The translations under genes and the position numbers were made by a program. Below are positions 1 to 8,769 of a stretch of DNA of 41,039 nt, piece by piece (the stretch's first letter is position 1; each line of letters opens with the position of its first letter). The notes beneath the pieces are model-generated. The model ran no database searches and was not told the DNA's origin. It worked only from the letters and a program-made list of their open reading frames with translations. This DNA comes from a virus (taxonomy: Duplodnaviria > Heunggongvirae > Uroviricota > Caudoviricetes), in the IMG/VR virus record IMGVR_UViG_648276644_000012, positions 1 to 41,039 of that record, one strand, 5' to 3'.

Positions 1-1158
1 ATGCTCACCGTTAAGCAGATTGAAGCAGCAAAGCCGAAAGAAAAACCATACCGCCTACTCGATGGTAATGGCCTGTACCTTTATGTCCCTGTGTCAGGGA
101 AAAAGGTATGGCAGCTTCGCTACAAGATTGACGGTAAGGAGAAAATCCTGACCGTCGGAAAATATCCGCTTATGACTTTGCAAGAGGCAAGGGATAAAGC
201 ATGGACTGCGAGGAAAGACATCTCGGTTGGCATCGATCCGGTAAAGGCGAAAAAGGCTTCGTCTAACAACAATTCCTTTAGCGCCATTTACAAGGAATGG
301 TACGAGCACAAGAAGCAAGTCTGGTCAGTAGGCTATGCAAATGAACTTGCAAAAATGTTTGATGACGACATTTTACCCATCATCGGCGGTCTTGAAATTC
401 AGGATATTGAGCCGATGCAACTACTGGAAGTAATCCGCAGATTTGAAGATCGCGGTGCAATGGAGCGAGCAAATAAAGCCCGCAGAAGATGCGGCGAGGT
501 TTTCCGTTACGCTATTGTCACTGGTAGGGCTAAATATAACCCGGCACCTGACCTTGCTGACGCCATGAAGGGATACCGCAAGAAGAACTTCCCGTTTCTT
601 CCTGCAGACCAGATCCCTGCATTCAACAAAGCACTGGCAACATTTTCAGGGAGCATCGTATCGCTCATTGCGACTAAAGTTTTGCGCTACACAGCCCTAA
701 GAACGAAAGAGCTTCGCTCCATGCTATGGAAGAACGTCGATTTTGAAAACAGGATTATCACCATCGACGCCAGTGTGATGAAGGGTCGAAAAATTCATGT
801 GGTTCCTATGTCAGACCAGGTGATTGAACTTCTCACTACGCTAAGCTCAATCACTAAACCAGTGTCAGAGTTTGTTTTTGCCGGGCGCAACGATAAGAAG
901 AAGCCAATTTGCGAGAACGCTGTACTGCTTGTGATCAAACAAATCGGCTATGAAGGTCTGGAAAGCGGTCACGGATTCAGGCATGAATTCAGCACGATTA
1001 TGAACGAGCACGAATGGCCTGCTGACGCTATTGAAGTGCAACTGGCACATGCCAACGGCGGATCTGTGCGCGGGATTTACAACCACGCTCAGTATCTCGA
1101 TAAGCGCAGAGAAATGATGCAGTGGTGGGCGGATTGGCTTGATGAAAAGGTGAAGTGA
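1..1158 (+). CDS. intS: Tyrosine integrase, P4 family (IntS-like, 385 aa)
   Basis: N-terminal arm-binding type sequence MLTVKQIEAAKPKEKPYRLLDGNGLYLYVP; C-terminal catalytic motifs HGFRHEF and Y in IYNHAQYLDKRR; length equals E. coli KpLE1 IntS; symbol assigned from context and recollection. Confidence 0.85.
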   Translation: MLTVKQIEAAKPKEKPYRLLDGNGLYLYVPVSGKKVWQLRYKIDGKEKILTVGKYPLMTLQEARDKAWTARKDISVGIDPVKAKKASSNNNSFSAIYKEWYEHKKQVWSVGYANELAKMFDDDILPIIGGLEIQDIEPMQLLEVIRRFEDRGAMERANKARRRCGEVFRYAIVTGRAKYNPAPDLADAMKGYRKKNFPFLPADQIPAFNKALATFSGSIVSLIATKVLRYTALRTKELRSMLWKNVDFENRIITIDASVMKGRKIHVVPMSDQVIELLTTLSSITKPVSEFVFAGRNDKKKPICENAVLLVIKQIGYEGLESGHGFRHEFSTIMNEHEWPADAIEVQLAHANGGSVRGIYNHAQYLDKRREMMQWWADWLDEKVK

Positions 1159-1190
1159 TCAGCCTCAACCACAATCGAATAGCGCAAAGC

Positions 1191-1219
1191 CTTGCAATCC
1201 AGTGCAAGACTTTGTTTTT
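1191..1219 (+). terminator. Rho-independent terminator after int
   Basis: Hairpin CTTGCA-N6-TGCAAG followed by ACTTTGTTTTT. Confidence 0.5.
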
Positions 1220-1535
1220 CTAAGTTTTTCTCACATCACCGCACAATAATCAAACTAACCATAACACTCTTCGTTGATAATGACCTGACGGATATCATCA
1301 TGTACGTGACTGAGATTGGAGCAATAAGGCTCTTGTCGATTGACACACTATCTTCAACTAGTTCTGCTGCTGGAGATAGAAGCCCATAGTGCACTTACGA
1401 TAAAATACTGTGCGAGAACACAATATAATCATAGTAAAAATCAGATCAACTTCAAAACACGCTGCTTATCCATTGATCAACAGAATCATGCTGTTAAAAT
1501 TAATCCTATTACTACACTTAACTTAGGTATCTTTA

Positions 1536-2576
1536 ATGTCTATAAGAAATGGAAATCGTCTAGAATTCCTAGACTCTTTGCGTGGACTTGCAGCCCTGAT
1601 GGTTGCATGTGCACATTTCATAGAGCGAACACCATTGCATAACAGTTTTTTATTTAAGCATGTTAACTTTGGTCAGGTTGGTGTTGTTTGCTTCTTTGTG
1701 TTAAGTGGCATGGTAATACCTTACAGCCTAAAGGAAGGGAAAAGAGCGATATCCGGGTTCATTATATCAAGGTTTTTTAGACTATATCCCGCTTACTGGT
1801 TTTCAGTATTTCTGGCGGCCTTTACTTTTTTGTTTGTAACTCATAGACCACTTGATATAAGAACTCTGTTGTCTAATATTACCATGCTTCAATCTTTACT
1901 GAGATCTCCAGATATGTTTGGTGTTTATTGGACGCTAATAATTGAGTTGTTCTTCTATGCTTCCTGTGCGTTTCTTTTCAAAGTAAATTTATTAAAGAGT
2001 AAGGTTTCTTTATTTTTAATTTCTATAGGACTTATTGCAACCGCTCTTGCTTTCTCATACGTGAGATTCGTTCTTGATAAAAAAGTTCCTGTGGCAATAC
2101 CGCTAGCTATGTCATTAATGTTCTTTGGTAGCTTATGGCGTTCAGTGAGCATTGGGATTGCATCGAGATCAGAAAGAAATATGTGCATTGTATTTTTAAT
2201 AACATTCCTAGTGGCGATTGCTCCGATTTGCTTAATGTCCTACAATAAAGACTATGGGCATGGGGAAAATGCTTCCTCCTATATTGCTAGCTATCTTACA
2301 GGCATAGTATTGACGCTATTGCTCACTACACGGGTAAAATTGAATGTAGGATTATTGGTTTTCCTGGGATCGATAAGTTACTCTGTATACTTGATTCACC
2401 CATTCTTTTTAGAGATTGTATCTGTCAGTATAGACATGGACACAGATTTTAATTTTATTATTTTTGTTTTATACCTATTAGCTACGATCGCACTAGCAAC
2501 TATTTCTTATAAGGTAATTGAAAAACCATCTATAAATATAGGTCACAGGCTTAGGAAGATCGCACTAGCAAGCTGA
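1536..2576 (+). CDS. Acyltransferase family 3 (AT3) membrane protein, O-antigen acetyltransferase (Oac-like)
   Basis: N-terminal LEFLDSLRGLAALMVACAHF motif typical of AT3; multiple hydrophobic TM segments over 346 aa; AT-rich gene at integrase-proximal moron position as in Sf6 oac. Confidence 0.75.
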   Translation: MSIRNGNRLEFLDSLRGLAALMVACAHFIERTPLHNSFLFKHVNFGQVGVVCFFVLSGMVIPYSLKEGKRAISGFIISRFFRLYPAYWFSVFLAAFTFLFVTHRPLDIRTLLSNITMLQSLLRSPDMFGVYWTLIIELFFYASCAFLFKVNLLKSKVSLFLISIGLIATALAFSYVRFVLDKKVPVAIPLAMSLMFFGSLWRSVSIGIASRSERNMCIVFLITFLVAIAPICLMSYNKDYGHGENASSYIASYLTGIVLTLLLTTRVKLNVGLLVFLGSISYSVYLIHPFFLEIVSVSIDMDTDFNFIIFVLYLLATIALATISYKVIEKPSINIGHRLRKIALAS

Positions 2577-2590
2577 CATATGACATGAAT

Positions 2591-2618
2591 CCCCAGCTTA
2601 GTTCTGGGGATATTTTCT
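2591..2618 (+). terminator. Rho-independent terminator after AT3 gene
   Basis: Hairpin CCCCAG-N7-CTGGGG followed by T-rich ATATTTTCT. Confidence 0.5.
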
Positions 2619-2741
2619 GGTTATATAATACAATCCGAACTTACACCGAGAGCAAAAATCAATTATATAAGCATACTGTATCATTCATATTACTTTTACG
2701 CTAGGCTCAAGTATCCAATGATCAATAACAGACAAAAAATA

Positions 2742-2757
2742 CTGTATGTGTATACAG
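2742..2757. promoter_or_regulatory. Candidate LexA (SOS) box CTGT-N8-ACAG
   Basis: taCTGTATGTGTATACAGag is a close match to the E. coli LexA consensus TACTGTATATATATACAGTA; sits ~150 bp upstream of the next ORF. Confidence 0.4.
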
Positions 2758-2905
2758 AGTCAGTGATATTTTTTCTGCTGCTCAATGATCATTTCCGATC
2801 TTCCCACTTCTAAATTTATCCTCATGATGTTATTATCATTAAATTTATTTTAGGGGTAGTCACATGAGATATATTGCATTGTTTTTCTTTGCTCTTTCAC
2901 TGTAG

Positions 2906-3184
2906 ATGAATTGGACAATAAAAATGATAAAGTATAGAGCTGGTATAGATGGTTTAAGAGCAGTCGCTGTTGTGATGTTTCACGCTTTCCCAAGCGCATT
3001 TTCTGGAGAGTTCAATGGGTTTGATTTATTTTTCATAATATCTAGCCTTTTAATTTCAAGTATTATTTTTAAAAATTTAAATAGCGGTAAATTTTCTTTT
3101 TCCGATTTTTACTTAAGAAGGATTAAGCGGATTTTTACACTCTTACTCAGATCATATATAAGATTAGATTGCAAGTCTAGTTAG
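2906..3184 (+). pseudogene. Truncated N-terminal fragment of an OafA-type AT3 acyltransferase
   Basis: 92-aa ORF with AGIDGLRAVAVVMFHAF...GFDLFFIIS...FKNLNSGKFSFSDFYLRRIKRI matching only the first ~2 TM helices of AT3 proteins, then stop; an SGNH ORF with TM anchor follows 85 bp later. Confidence 0.5.
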
Positions 3185-3268
3185 TGGTTGGCTGAATAAT
3201 TTTCTCAATTCGTTGATTTGAAGCGTAAATATATTTTTAACCTTAAACCTTATTAAAAGGAAAATGCA

Positions 3269-3964
3269 ATGAAGTCAAAACAAACAAATAGAAAGTCTCA
3301 AGCAAATAAATATTTGGCAATGCTGTTTATTCTGATTGCAATAGTTATTATAGTATTGTCTGTTCGTTCAATTAGAAATTATTTATCTCAAAAAAAAGTT
3401 AACGACTTTCAGGCTGTGATGCTAGATTTTAAAAAAATGAATGCTAATCAAGCTGACGGCGACATTGTGGTTTATGGCGACTCGCTCATACAAGGAATGT
3501 CACCATATGGGTTAAACTTTAAATATGTTAATATGGGGGTCGGAGGATACTCTATACATCAGATCCTAACTCTATCAGAAAATTATGGGGCGTCTGGATA
3601 TAAAGCTGCGATAATTGAAGGTGGAGTTAACGATGCGATGGGTGCGAAAACCGAAGAGGAAATATTTGATGATTATGACAAACTGCTTAAGAGTGTATCA
3701 AAGGTTGATAATATTTATGCATTAAAAGTTTTGCCAATCATAAGCGGGGCAAGAAAAGACGTAGACCATGTCAATTCAAGAATAAGCATGATTAACTCTA
3801 TTATTGATAGAACATGTAGTCGCATAGTTAACTGCAATATAATAGAAGTTCCTGCAGATTTTTTATCTGATAAAAAATCTGAATTGTACTTTGATGATGG
3901 AGTGCATTTAAATAAAAATGGCTATGCCGTTTGGATGAGAGAGATTAATAAACATGTGAAGTAA
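3269..3964 (+). CDS. Membrane-anchored SGNH/GDSL hydrolase (esterase/acetyltransferase partner domain)
   Basis: N-terminal TM helix LAMLFILIAIVIIVLSV; SGNH blocks VVYGDSLIQG (block I), GGVNDA (block III), DDGVHLNKNGY (block V); own SD AAGGA before ATG. Confidence 0.75.
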   Translation: MKSKQTNRKSQANKYLAMLFILIAIVIIVLSVRSIRNYLSQKKVNDFQAVMLDFKKMNANQADGDIVVYGDSLIQGMSPYGLNFKYVNMGVGGYSIHQILTLSENYGASGYKAAIIEGGVNDAMGAKTEEEIFDDYDKLLKSVSKVDNIYALKVLPIISGARKDVDHVNSRISMINSIIDRTCSRIVNCNIIEVPADFLSDKKSELYFDDGVHLNKNGYAVWMREINKHVK

Positions 3965-3969
3965 AAGAT

Positions 3970-3989
3970 GGCCGCATTGCGGCCTTTTT
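3970..3989. terminator. Bidirectional terminator between convergent SGNH and tailspike genes
   Basis: GGCCGC-ATT-GCGGCC hairpin followed by TTTTT. Confidence 0.55.
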
Positions 3990-6227
3990 CTACCAGGAAG
4001 CATCAATGTAAAATATTGGTGAGGCTGTAGTAGATCCATTAATTGTTATCGACCCGGTTGATGCGCTTATTGTTGCCATCGCCATACCGTAAGATATTCC
4101 ATCAGCAGTGAACGGTACAGGGACATTTTTTGTTACTGTTGGTCTACACCACCTTGGCAGCGTTAGAACAGTATTACCATTCGCAAATGAAGTGGCTGCC
4201 AGTTTAATATTAATTGAATTGGCAGTTAAACTTGACGGTGCCTGTACTGTTACGTTTGTTCCAGCCCACCATTGAACAGCTGCTCTTGGCGTGTAATCAA
4301 CACGCGACCACCAGTCGATAATGGCAGAGCAGATAATTTCCGCATACAGACGATACCCTAACTGGCTTTGGTGAATGTCATCACGCAGAAGTGGGTCGTA
4401 TTGCGTATTGAAATACTCTGGATATGGGGCCGGGAGCTGGTGAGTTGTTGTTACACAAATGACGTTATTGCCATATTTCATCATCTGGCGTTTACCAGCT
4501 TCTCGCAACTCTGCGACACCGTCGTAGTTAGAAGATGGCTGGCCAGCCCCTCCAATAAATGACTGGCTATACCACATCCACGGCTCAACCCAAACAGGGA
4601 TACGACCAAGGCCATTGCAATATAAGACAAACTCATCTATCAATGACGCCATATAATCGCCGTTTTGGTTTGCCTGCCCTTCGTTAGTTCCGGCAACCAT
4701 AATAACGATGTAAGCATCACCCGGCCCCTGAGCCTTCAGGAGATCTAACTGTTGCCTCATTGTCTGTCCGGCAACTGCCTTGTTTACAATGCTATGTGAA
4801 CGGTGGCCGTTCGCTCCATCCATTAATTGCGGAATGTACGAGCTGAACGCGGAAATGAAATCCTCAGCTGTACTATCACCGTGGATAAGGATATTAAGTG
4901 GAGGCTTACCGTGCACGCCATTATCAGAGGTGTAGCTGCATAATCCAGTTACACGCGCAGAACCTCCAGATGCCGTGGTCAGTGCAACAAACCCAACTTC
5001 GTATACATCCCCTACATCAGCAGTATCAAAGGGCAAACGTATCCCAACGCCATTCATCGTTATCTGCGCCCAGTTTTTACCTTGCAGTGATACGCCAACG
5101 GTTGCTTTGCCCGGGGCGTACGACAGTAAACCTCCTGGCAGCGGGAATGGAGTTCCTTCTGCTACTGGACCACCAATTGGTTTCTGTCTATAAGACCACT
5201 GTGTAGCACCTGGTGCCCCATAGAACATCATCCAACCACCAGAGCATCGCAGAACAATCCCAACTTCTGAGGCGGCCTGAGATTCCATACGAATATGTGC
5301 AGAAATATGCTCTCCAATATCTATTGGTGCGAACAGGCCTGTTGTACGGTTAGTAGTTAAGGGGAAGATAGCTGCGCTATCTGAGGATATGGTGACTTCA
5401 CCTTCATAGAAGAACGTGTCACCATTTATGGAATAAACTTTACAATCTGACCATTCCACTCGCTTCATGCGAATAGGGTTTCGGTTGAGGATAGCCTGCT
5501 TAGCCAGGTAATCCACTTCCCCACCGGTTGCTTTAAAGTTCAGGTGCGTAAATTCAAACGTACCCTCCCCCTCGTACTGCAACGATTTAAACAGTGAGTA
5601 CAGATCACTGTCGAATCTCAGGGTGACATTTTTATCAATGATTACTTTACTGTTCGCAAGGAAAGAAGCGTTAGCAGCTGTAGACGGTACGGTGTACACC
5701 ATCTGATTTTTTGAATGATTAGAGAAGTAAACATACCCGTAGGTCGCAACACTATCGCGCCATGCCTGGACTACGTTAGAATTAACATAGCTTGGGATTT
5801 TTGTGATCGAATGCAAAACAAGGTCTTCCTGTGAGATAGCTCCATTTACCAGATTAACACCGCCTTGAGATGCAAGATCTTGCCTGAGTTGGTCAGGGTC
5901 ATACTTCAACACATTCGGAAAATAGAACTGCTGCGAACCATACGCATCATAAACAGCCATAGAATGCCCTTGCACAGTTACGAACTTGGCAATTTGTCCG
6001 TTATATACCGGATATCCAGCAGCGTTAATGATGATTGGTTGCGAAACAGGAACGTGAGAACCGTCTTCGTTCTCCACATAAACCTGAATCTGGTTTTCAG
6101 GATTTACCGGGTCAGTGTCAATTTTACCGATATAAATTTTTCCATTGGCAACCGCTTTAAAAGAACGCGCCATAGTGAAGAGTTGCGAAGGCATCGATAC
6201 GATCACATTGGCTGTAATGTCTGTCAT
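3990..6227 (-). CDS. gp9: Tailspike: P22 gp9-type N-terminal head-binding domain plus divergent receptor-binding region containing an SGNH esterase domain
   Basis: First ~115 aa [11 protein letters not shown]...NVLKYDPDQ match P22 tailspike N-terminus as recalled; aa ~443-640 carry SGNH blocks [30 protein letters not shown]. Confidence 0.85.
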   Translation of the reverse strand: MTDITANVIVSMPSQLFTMARSFKAVANGKIYIGKIDTDPVNPENQIQVYVENEDGSHVPVSQPIIINAAGYPVYNGQIAKFVTVQGHSMAVYDAYGSQQFYFPNVLKYDPDQLRQDLASQGGVNLVNGAISQEDLVLHSITKIPSYVNSNVVQAWRDSVATYGYVYFSNHSKNQMVYTVPSTAANASFLANSKVIIDKNVTLRFDSDLYSLFKSLQYEGEGTFEFTHLNFKATGGEVDYLAKQAILNRNPIRMKRVEWSDCKVYSINGDTFFYEGEVTISSDSAAIFPLTTNRTTGLFAPIDIGEHISAHIRMESQAASEVGIVLRCSGGWMMFYGAPGATQWSYRQKPIGGPVAEGTPFPLPGGLLSYAPGKATVGVSLQGKNWAQITMNGVGIRLPFDTADVGDVYEVGFVALTTASGGSARVTGLCSYTSDNGVHGKPPLNILIHGDSTAEDFISAFSSYIPQLMDGANGHRSHSIVNKAVAGQTMRQQLDLLKAQGPGDAYIVIMVAGTNEGQANQNGDYMASLIDEFVLYCNGLGRIPVWVEPWMWYSQSFIGGAGQPSSNYDGVAELREAGKRQMMKYGNNVICVTTTHQLPAPYPEYFNTQYDPLLRDDIHQSQLGYRLYAEIICSAIIDWWSRVDYTPRAAVQWWAGTNVTVQAPSSLTANSINIKLAATSFANGNTVLTLPRWCRPTVTKNVPVPFTADGISYGMAMATISASTGSITINGSTTASPIFYIDASW

Positions 6228-6285
6228 TTAATTTGCTCCAGATACAAGGAATCACCGAAGCATGGCTACGATGAATTTTGGGCAT

Positions 6286-6309
6286 AAAAAAACCCAGCCG
6301 AAGCTGGGT
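6286..6309 (-). terminator. Rho-independent terminator downstream of ant (minus strand)
   Basis: ACCCAGC-CGAA-GCTGGGT hairpin followed on the minus strand by a run of 7 T. Confidence 0.6.
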
Positions 6310-6327
6310 CGTTGCGTTGGTTATCTG

Positions 6328-7230
6328 TCAGTAGTTATGTACTGAAGGAGGTAATTCTTTATTCTTAAGTCTCATCCATGCGGAAAGATTCGTTGGTCCG
6401 TCTGGCTCATTAATATCAACATCTCGTGTGTGATTGATTAAAACGTCTCTCGCCATTCCGATAACATACGAGAACTCATGGCCATAGTCGTAGCATCTGC
6501 CGGAATAGTTCGATTGAATTTGTTTTAGCGCCAGATACAGTTCGCGGAATAATGCCTGTGAGCGGTTGGCATAATCCCATAACCATACAAGGCTGTTTGC
6601 TTCTTTTGCAGAAAGCTCGTTGGTTTTCTTCTCTTGTTTGCCGATAAATTCACCTTCAAGCACTACCCTGTGGATGTACTCTACGGCTTGCGGTATCTGA
6701 GATGCATCAAGCTCTTCAATACTTTCCACATTGAAACGCTGATGAATCATTGCATAAGCTTCTGGGTACATTAGATGCTTTTTGCTGACTAGCATATTTA
6801 CAGCATCACGAAGCGGAGTCCTGTCATCAACAGATGTTTTCTTACGTGCATTTTCTGCCTTTCCCTTTGTCCAGTAGTCATGCAGTACAGTAAAGCATTC
6901 TTCCTGGTACTGAATCAGTTTATCACGGATGTCAGCACGAACTTTCTCAGGGTTGATGCTGAACAGCCATCCATTTAACTTCTTCAAAGGAAGGCAGAGT
7001 AGCTTACGAAGCTTCCCATCAGCGGCAACCATGTTCATATGAACACAGTTGAATTTGCTAATCTGCTTCATGAGTTTTGTTTGCTGCGTTGACCAGCTCA
7101 TTCCAAGGTTTTCAACGATTGGCTTCATCGCAACATATGCAACTCCGGCAGCCATGGCGGTGATAATTTGCTGACCGTTGAATGGTACATAAGAGGTGTT
7201 CACTGCTTCTAAAATTGCTATACTATTCAT
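6328..7230 (-). CDS. ant: Antirepressor Ant (P22 immI)
   Basis: [21 protein letters not shown]... antirepressor N-terminal domain; follows arc as in P22. ORF extends to 7296 only via a TTG codon, so the ATG at 7230 (300 aa) is taken as the start. Confidence 0.8.
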   Translation of the reverse strand: MNSIAILEAVNTSYVPFNGQQIITAMAAGVAYVAMKPIVENLGMSWSTQQTKLMKQISKFNCVHMNMVAADGKLRKLLCLPLKKLNGWLFSINPEKVRADIRDKLIQYQEECFTVLHDYWTKGKAENARKKTSVDDRTPLRDAVNMLVSKKHLMYPEAYAMIHQRFNVESIEELDASQIPQAVEYIHRVVLEGEFIGKQEKKTNELSAKEANSLVWLWDYANRSQALFRELYLALKQIQSNYSGRCYDYGHEFSYVIGMARDVLINHTRDVDINEPDGPTNLSAWMRLKNKELPPSVHNY

Positions 7231-7298
7231 GTTGGTTTTTCTCCACGAATTTACTGACAACCGAAGCCCTGACTGTTCCCGCAGTTGGGGCTTCAACT

Positions 7299-7460
7299 TT
7301 ACGCGCCAATGCGCCCTTCCTTCTTAAAGCTTTCCATTACTCTCTGATAAATCTCAGAGTTAACAGACCGACCATTCTCTTCCGCCACCTTGCGGACCAA
7401 ATCCAATACTTCTTTAGGCCACCGCAAATTGAACTGCGGCATCTTGCTCATTCCTTTCAT
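7299..7460 (-). CDS. arc: Arc repressor (ribbon-helix-helix)
   Basis: [53 protein letters not shown], 53 aa, matches P22 Arc as recalled. Confidence 0.9.
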   Translation of the reverse strand: MKGMSKMPQFNLRWPKEVLDLVRKVAEENGRSVNSEIYQRVMESFKKEGRIGA

Positions 7461-7476
7461 ATTCACCTCACAATAT

Positions 7477-7523
7477 AGGTCCACCGTGGACCTATTGAGA
7501 ATATAGTAGAGTGCTTCTATCAT
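7477..7523. promoter_or_regulatory. immI operators: Omnt (7477-7493) and Oarc (7502-7523) with Pant/Pmnt
   Basis: AGGTCCACCGTGGACCT 17-bp palindrome (Omnt) and reverse complement of ATGATAGAAGCACTCTACTATA (Oarc) in the 90-bp arc-mnt divergent intergenic region. Confidence 0.7.
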
Positions 7524-7550
7524 GTCAATACACTAACTTGGAGTGATGGC

Positions 7551-7802
7551 ATGGCTAGAGATGATCCGCACTTTAACTTCCGTATGCCTATGGAAGTAAG
7601 GGAGAAATTAAAATTCAGGGCGGAGGCGAATGGGAGATCAATGAACTCCGAGTTGTTACAAATCGTCCAAGATGCTCTATCAAAACCATCGCCTGTGACT
7701 GGATATCGCGACGATGCAGAACGACTCGCTGATGAGCAGTCAGAGCTTGTTAAGAAGATGGTGTTTGATACGCTGAAGGATTTGTACAAAAAACCCACCT
7801 GA
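7551..7802 (+). CDS. mnt: Mnt repressor
   Basis: MARDDPHFNFRMPMEVREKLKFRAEANGRSMNSELLQIVQDAL... matches P22 Mnt as recalled. Confidence 0.9.
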   Translation: MARDDPHFNFRMPMEVREKLKFRAEANGRSMNSELLQIVQDALSKPSPVTGYRDDAERLADEQSELVKKMVFDTLKDLYKKPT

Positions 7803-7818
7803 AGGTGGGTCCTATTTA

Positions 7819-8238
7819 TTAGTCTTGCTTTGTTGATGGTATAAGAGATGCGTTTGCCTCTTTTGGCTTCAAGGTATACATCCCACCATTAAAAGGATCT
7901 ACAGCAAGCCAACCAATTAACCCACCAAACACAAGGTTTCCACCAATATACCAGCCATTAGCATTGGCTTTGATTGGCAGGGTAACTGGTTCGTACCCAT
8001 CCTTTTCCATAGTGATCTGGTAGCTCTTTTTGCCAAAATAACTACCATCTGACTTGGCAAGAGTTACTCCTTGCGGGGTCTTACCTTGCGCAACAATCAC
8101 GCCTGATTCGTCTTTTACCTTAAAGCTCGCACCGGAAGGATTGCTGTTCACTTGCACAAGCTGCGTTTCGTCACCAACAATAGTTGCGCACCCAGATAAC
8201 AATATAGCGCCAGCAACGACGCCAATAATCCTCTTCAT
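7819..8238 (-). CDS. Lipoprotein with PEGA-like domain and C-terminal glycine-zipper segment (moron at sieA-equivalent position)
   Basis: Signal peptide with lipobox LLSGC; PEGA-like pattern VQVNSNPSGASFKV...GKTPQGVTL...KDGYEPVTL; glycine-rich hydrophobic tail GGNLVFGGLIGWLAV. Start taken at second ATG (MKRIIGVV). Confidence 0.55.
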   Translation of the reverse strand: MKRIIGVVAGAILLSGCATIVGDETQLVQVNSNPSGASFKVKDESGVIVAQGKTPQGVTLAKSDGSYFGKKSYQITMEKDGYEPVTLPIKANANGWYIGGNLVFGGLIGWLAVDPFNGGMYTLKPKEANASLIPSTKQD

Positions 8239-8355
8239 ATCAATTTCCATATTTAAAAAACCGGAAACATCCTAATGACAAACCATTCAAATATGAAGTA
8301 GGCAAAAGATGTTTACTTTTTTCATGGTATCCTGCTCAAAACTAAGGAGGTTGGC

Positions 8356-8745
8356 GTGAAGCAATTTCTTACTGTTATGTTCTTATTCATATCTTTTGGG
8401 GCTACAGCAGAGTGCTGGGTCGTTGGAGATATGCGCGGAATAAGCTATTCAGAACGAAATAATTTCCATCCGGAAGAAGATGGTTTTAGTGGAACATTCA
8501 TCATTAAGACAAACGGTGAAGATGCCAGCATCACATATTCTGGGACAGATGCGGGCGGCATGGCTTACAAAGCATTGTCTAAAAACTCCATCATAGGAAT
8601 CGGCGCGAATGGCGAAACTCAACGCGTTATCGACTCATGGGTAATACATCCTACTGGAACAGTTTTAATGTCAAAAACCATTTCCGGTTATGGAAATATG
8701 GATTCAACCAAAGCTTTTGTTGGAAAAGTAAAAAGAAAATGTTAG
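8356..8745 (+). CDS. Secreted small protein, paralog A (signal peptide, conserved ECW...FVGxV...C frame)
   Basis: GTG start 5 nt after strong SD AAGGAGG; signal peptide MKQFLTVMFLFISFGATA; paralogous to the protein at 32481-32885. Confidence 0.6.
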   Translation: MKQFLTVMFLFISFGATAECWVVGDMRGISYSERNNFHPEEDGFSGTFIIKTNGEDASITYSGTDAGGMAYKALSKNSIIGIGANGETQRVIDSWVIHPTGTVLMSKTISGYGNMDSTKAFVGKVKRKC

Positions 8746-8769
8746 CGATTGAATCCAATTTCCCATACG

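Noticed and set aside
94-1086. Minus-strand ORFs (74 and 73 aa) antisense to the integrase
   Set aside because: Antisense read-through within a well-supported CDS
1192-1642. ORFs of 65 and 100 aa in the int-AT3 intergenic region
   Set aside because: AT-rich intergenic sequence with a terminator; the second overlaps the AT3 start in another frame; no RBS or motif support
4368-5206. Plus-strand ORFs (64, 102 and 72 aa) inside the tailspike gene
   Set aside because: Fully contained within a strongly supported minus-strand CDS; no RBS and no recognisable motifs
6328-7296. Longer 322-aa form of Ant starting at 7296
   Set aside because: That start is a TTG codon immediately after the arc stop; the in-frame ATG at 7230 with an upstream GGAG gives the expected 300-aa Ant
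7182-7798. ORFs of 98 and 92 aa overlapping ant/arc and antisense to mnt
   Set aside because: Overlap the recognisable Arc, Ant and Mnt reading frames and the operator region
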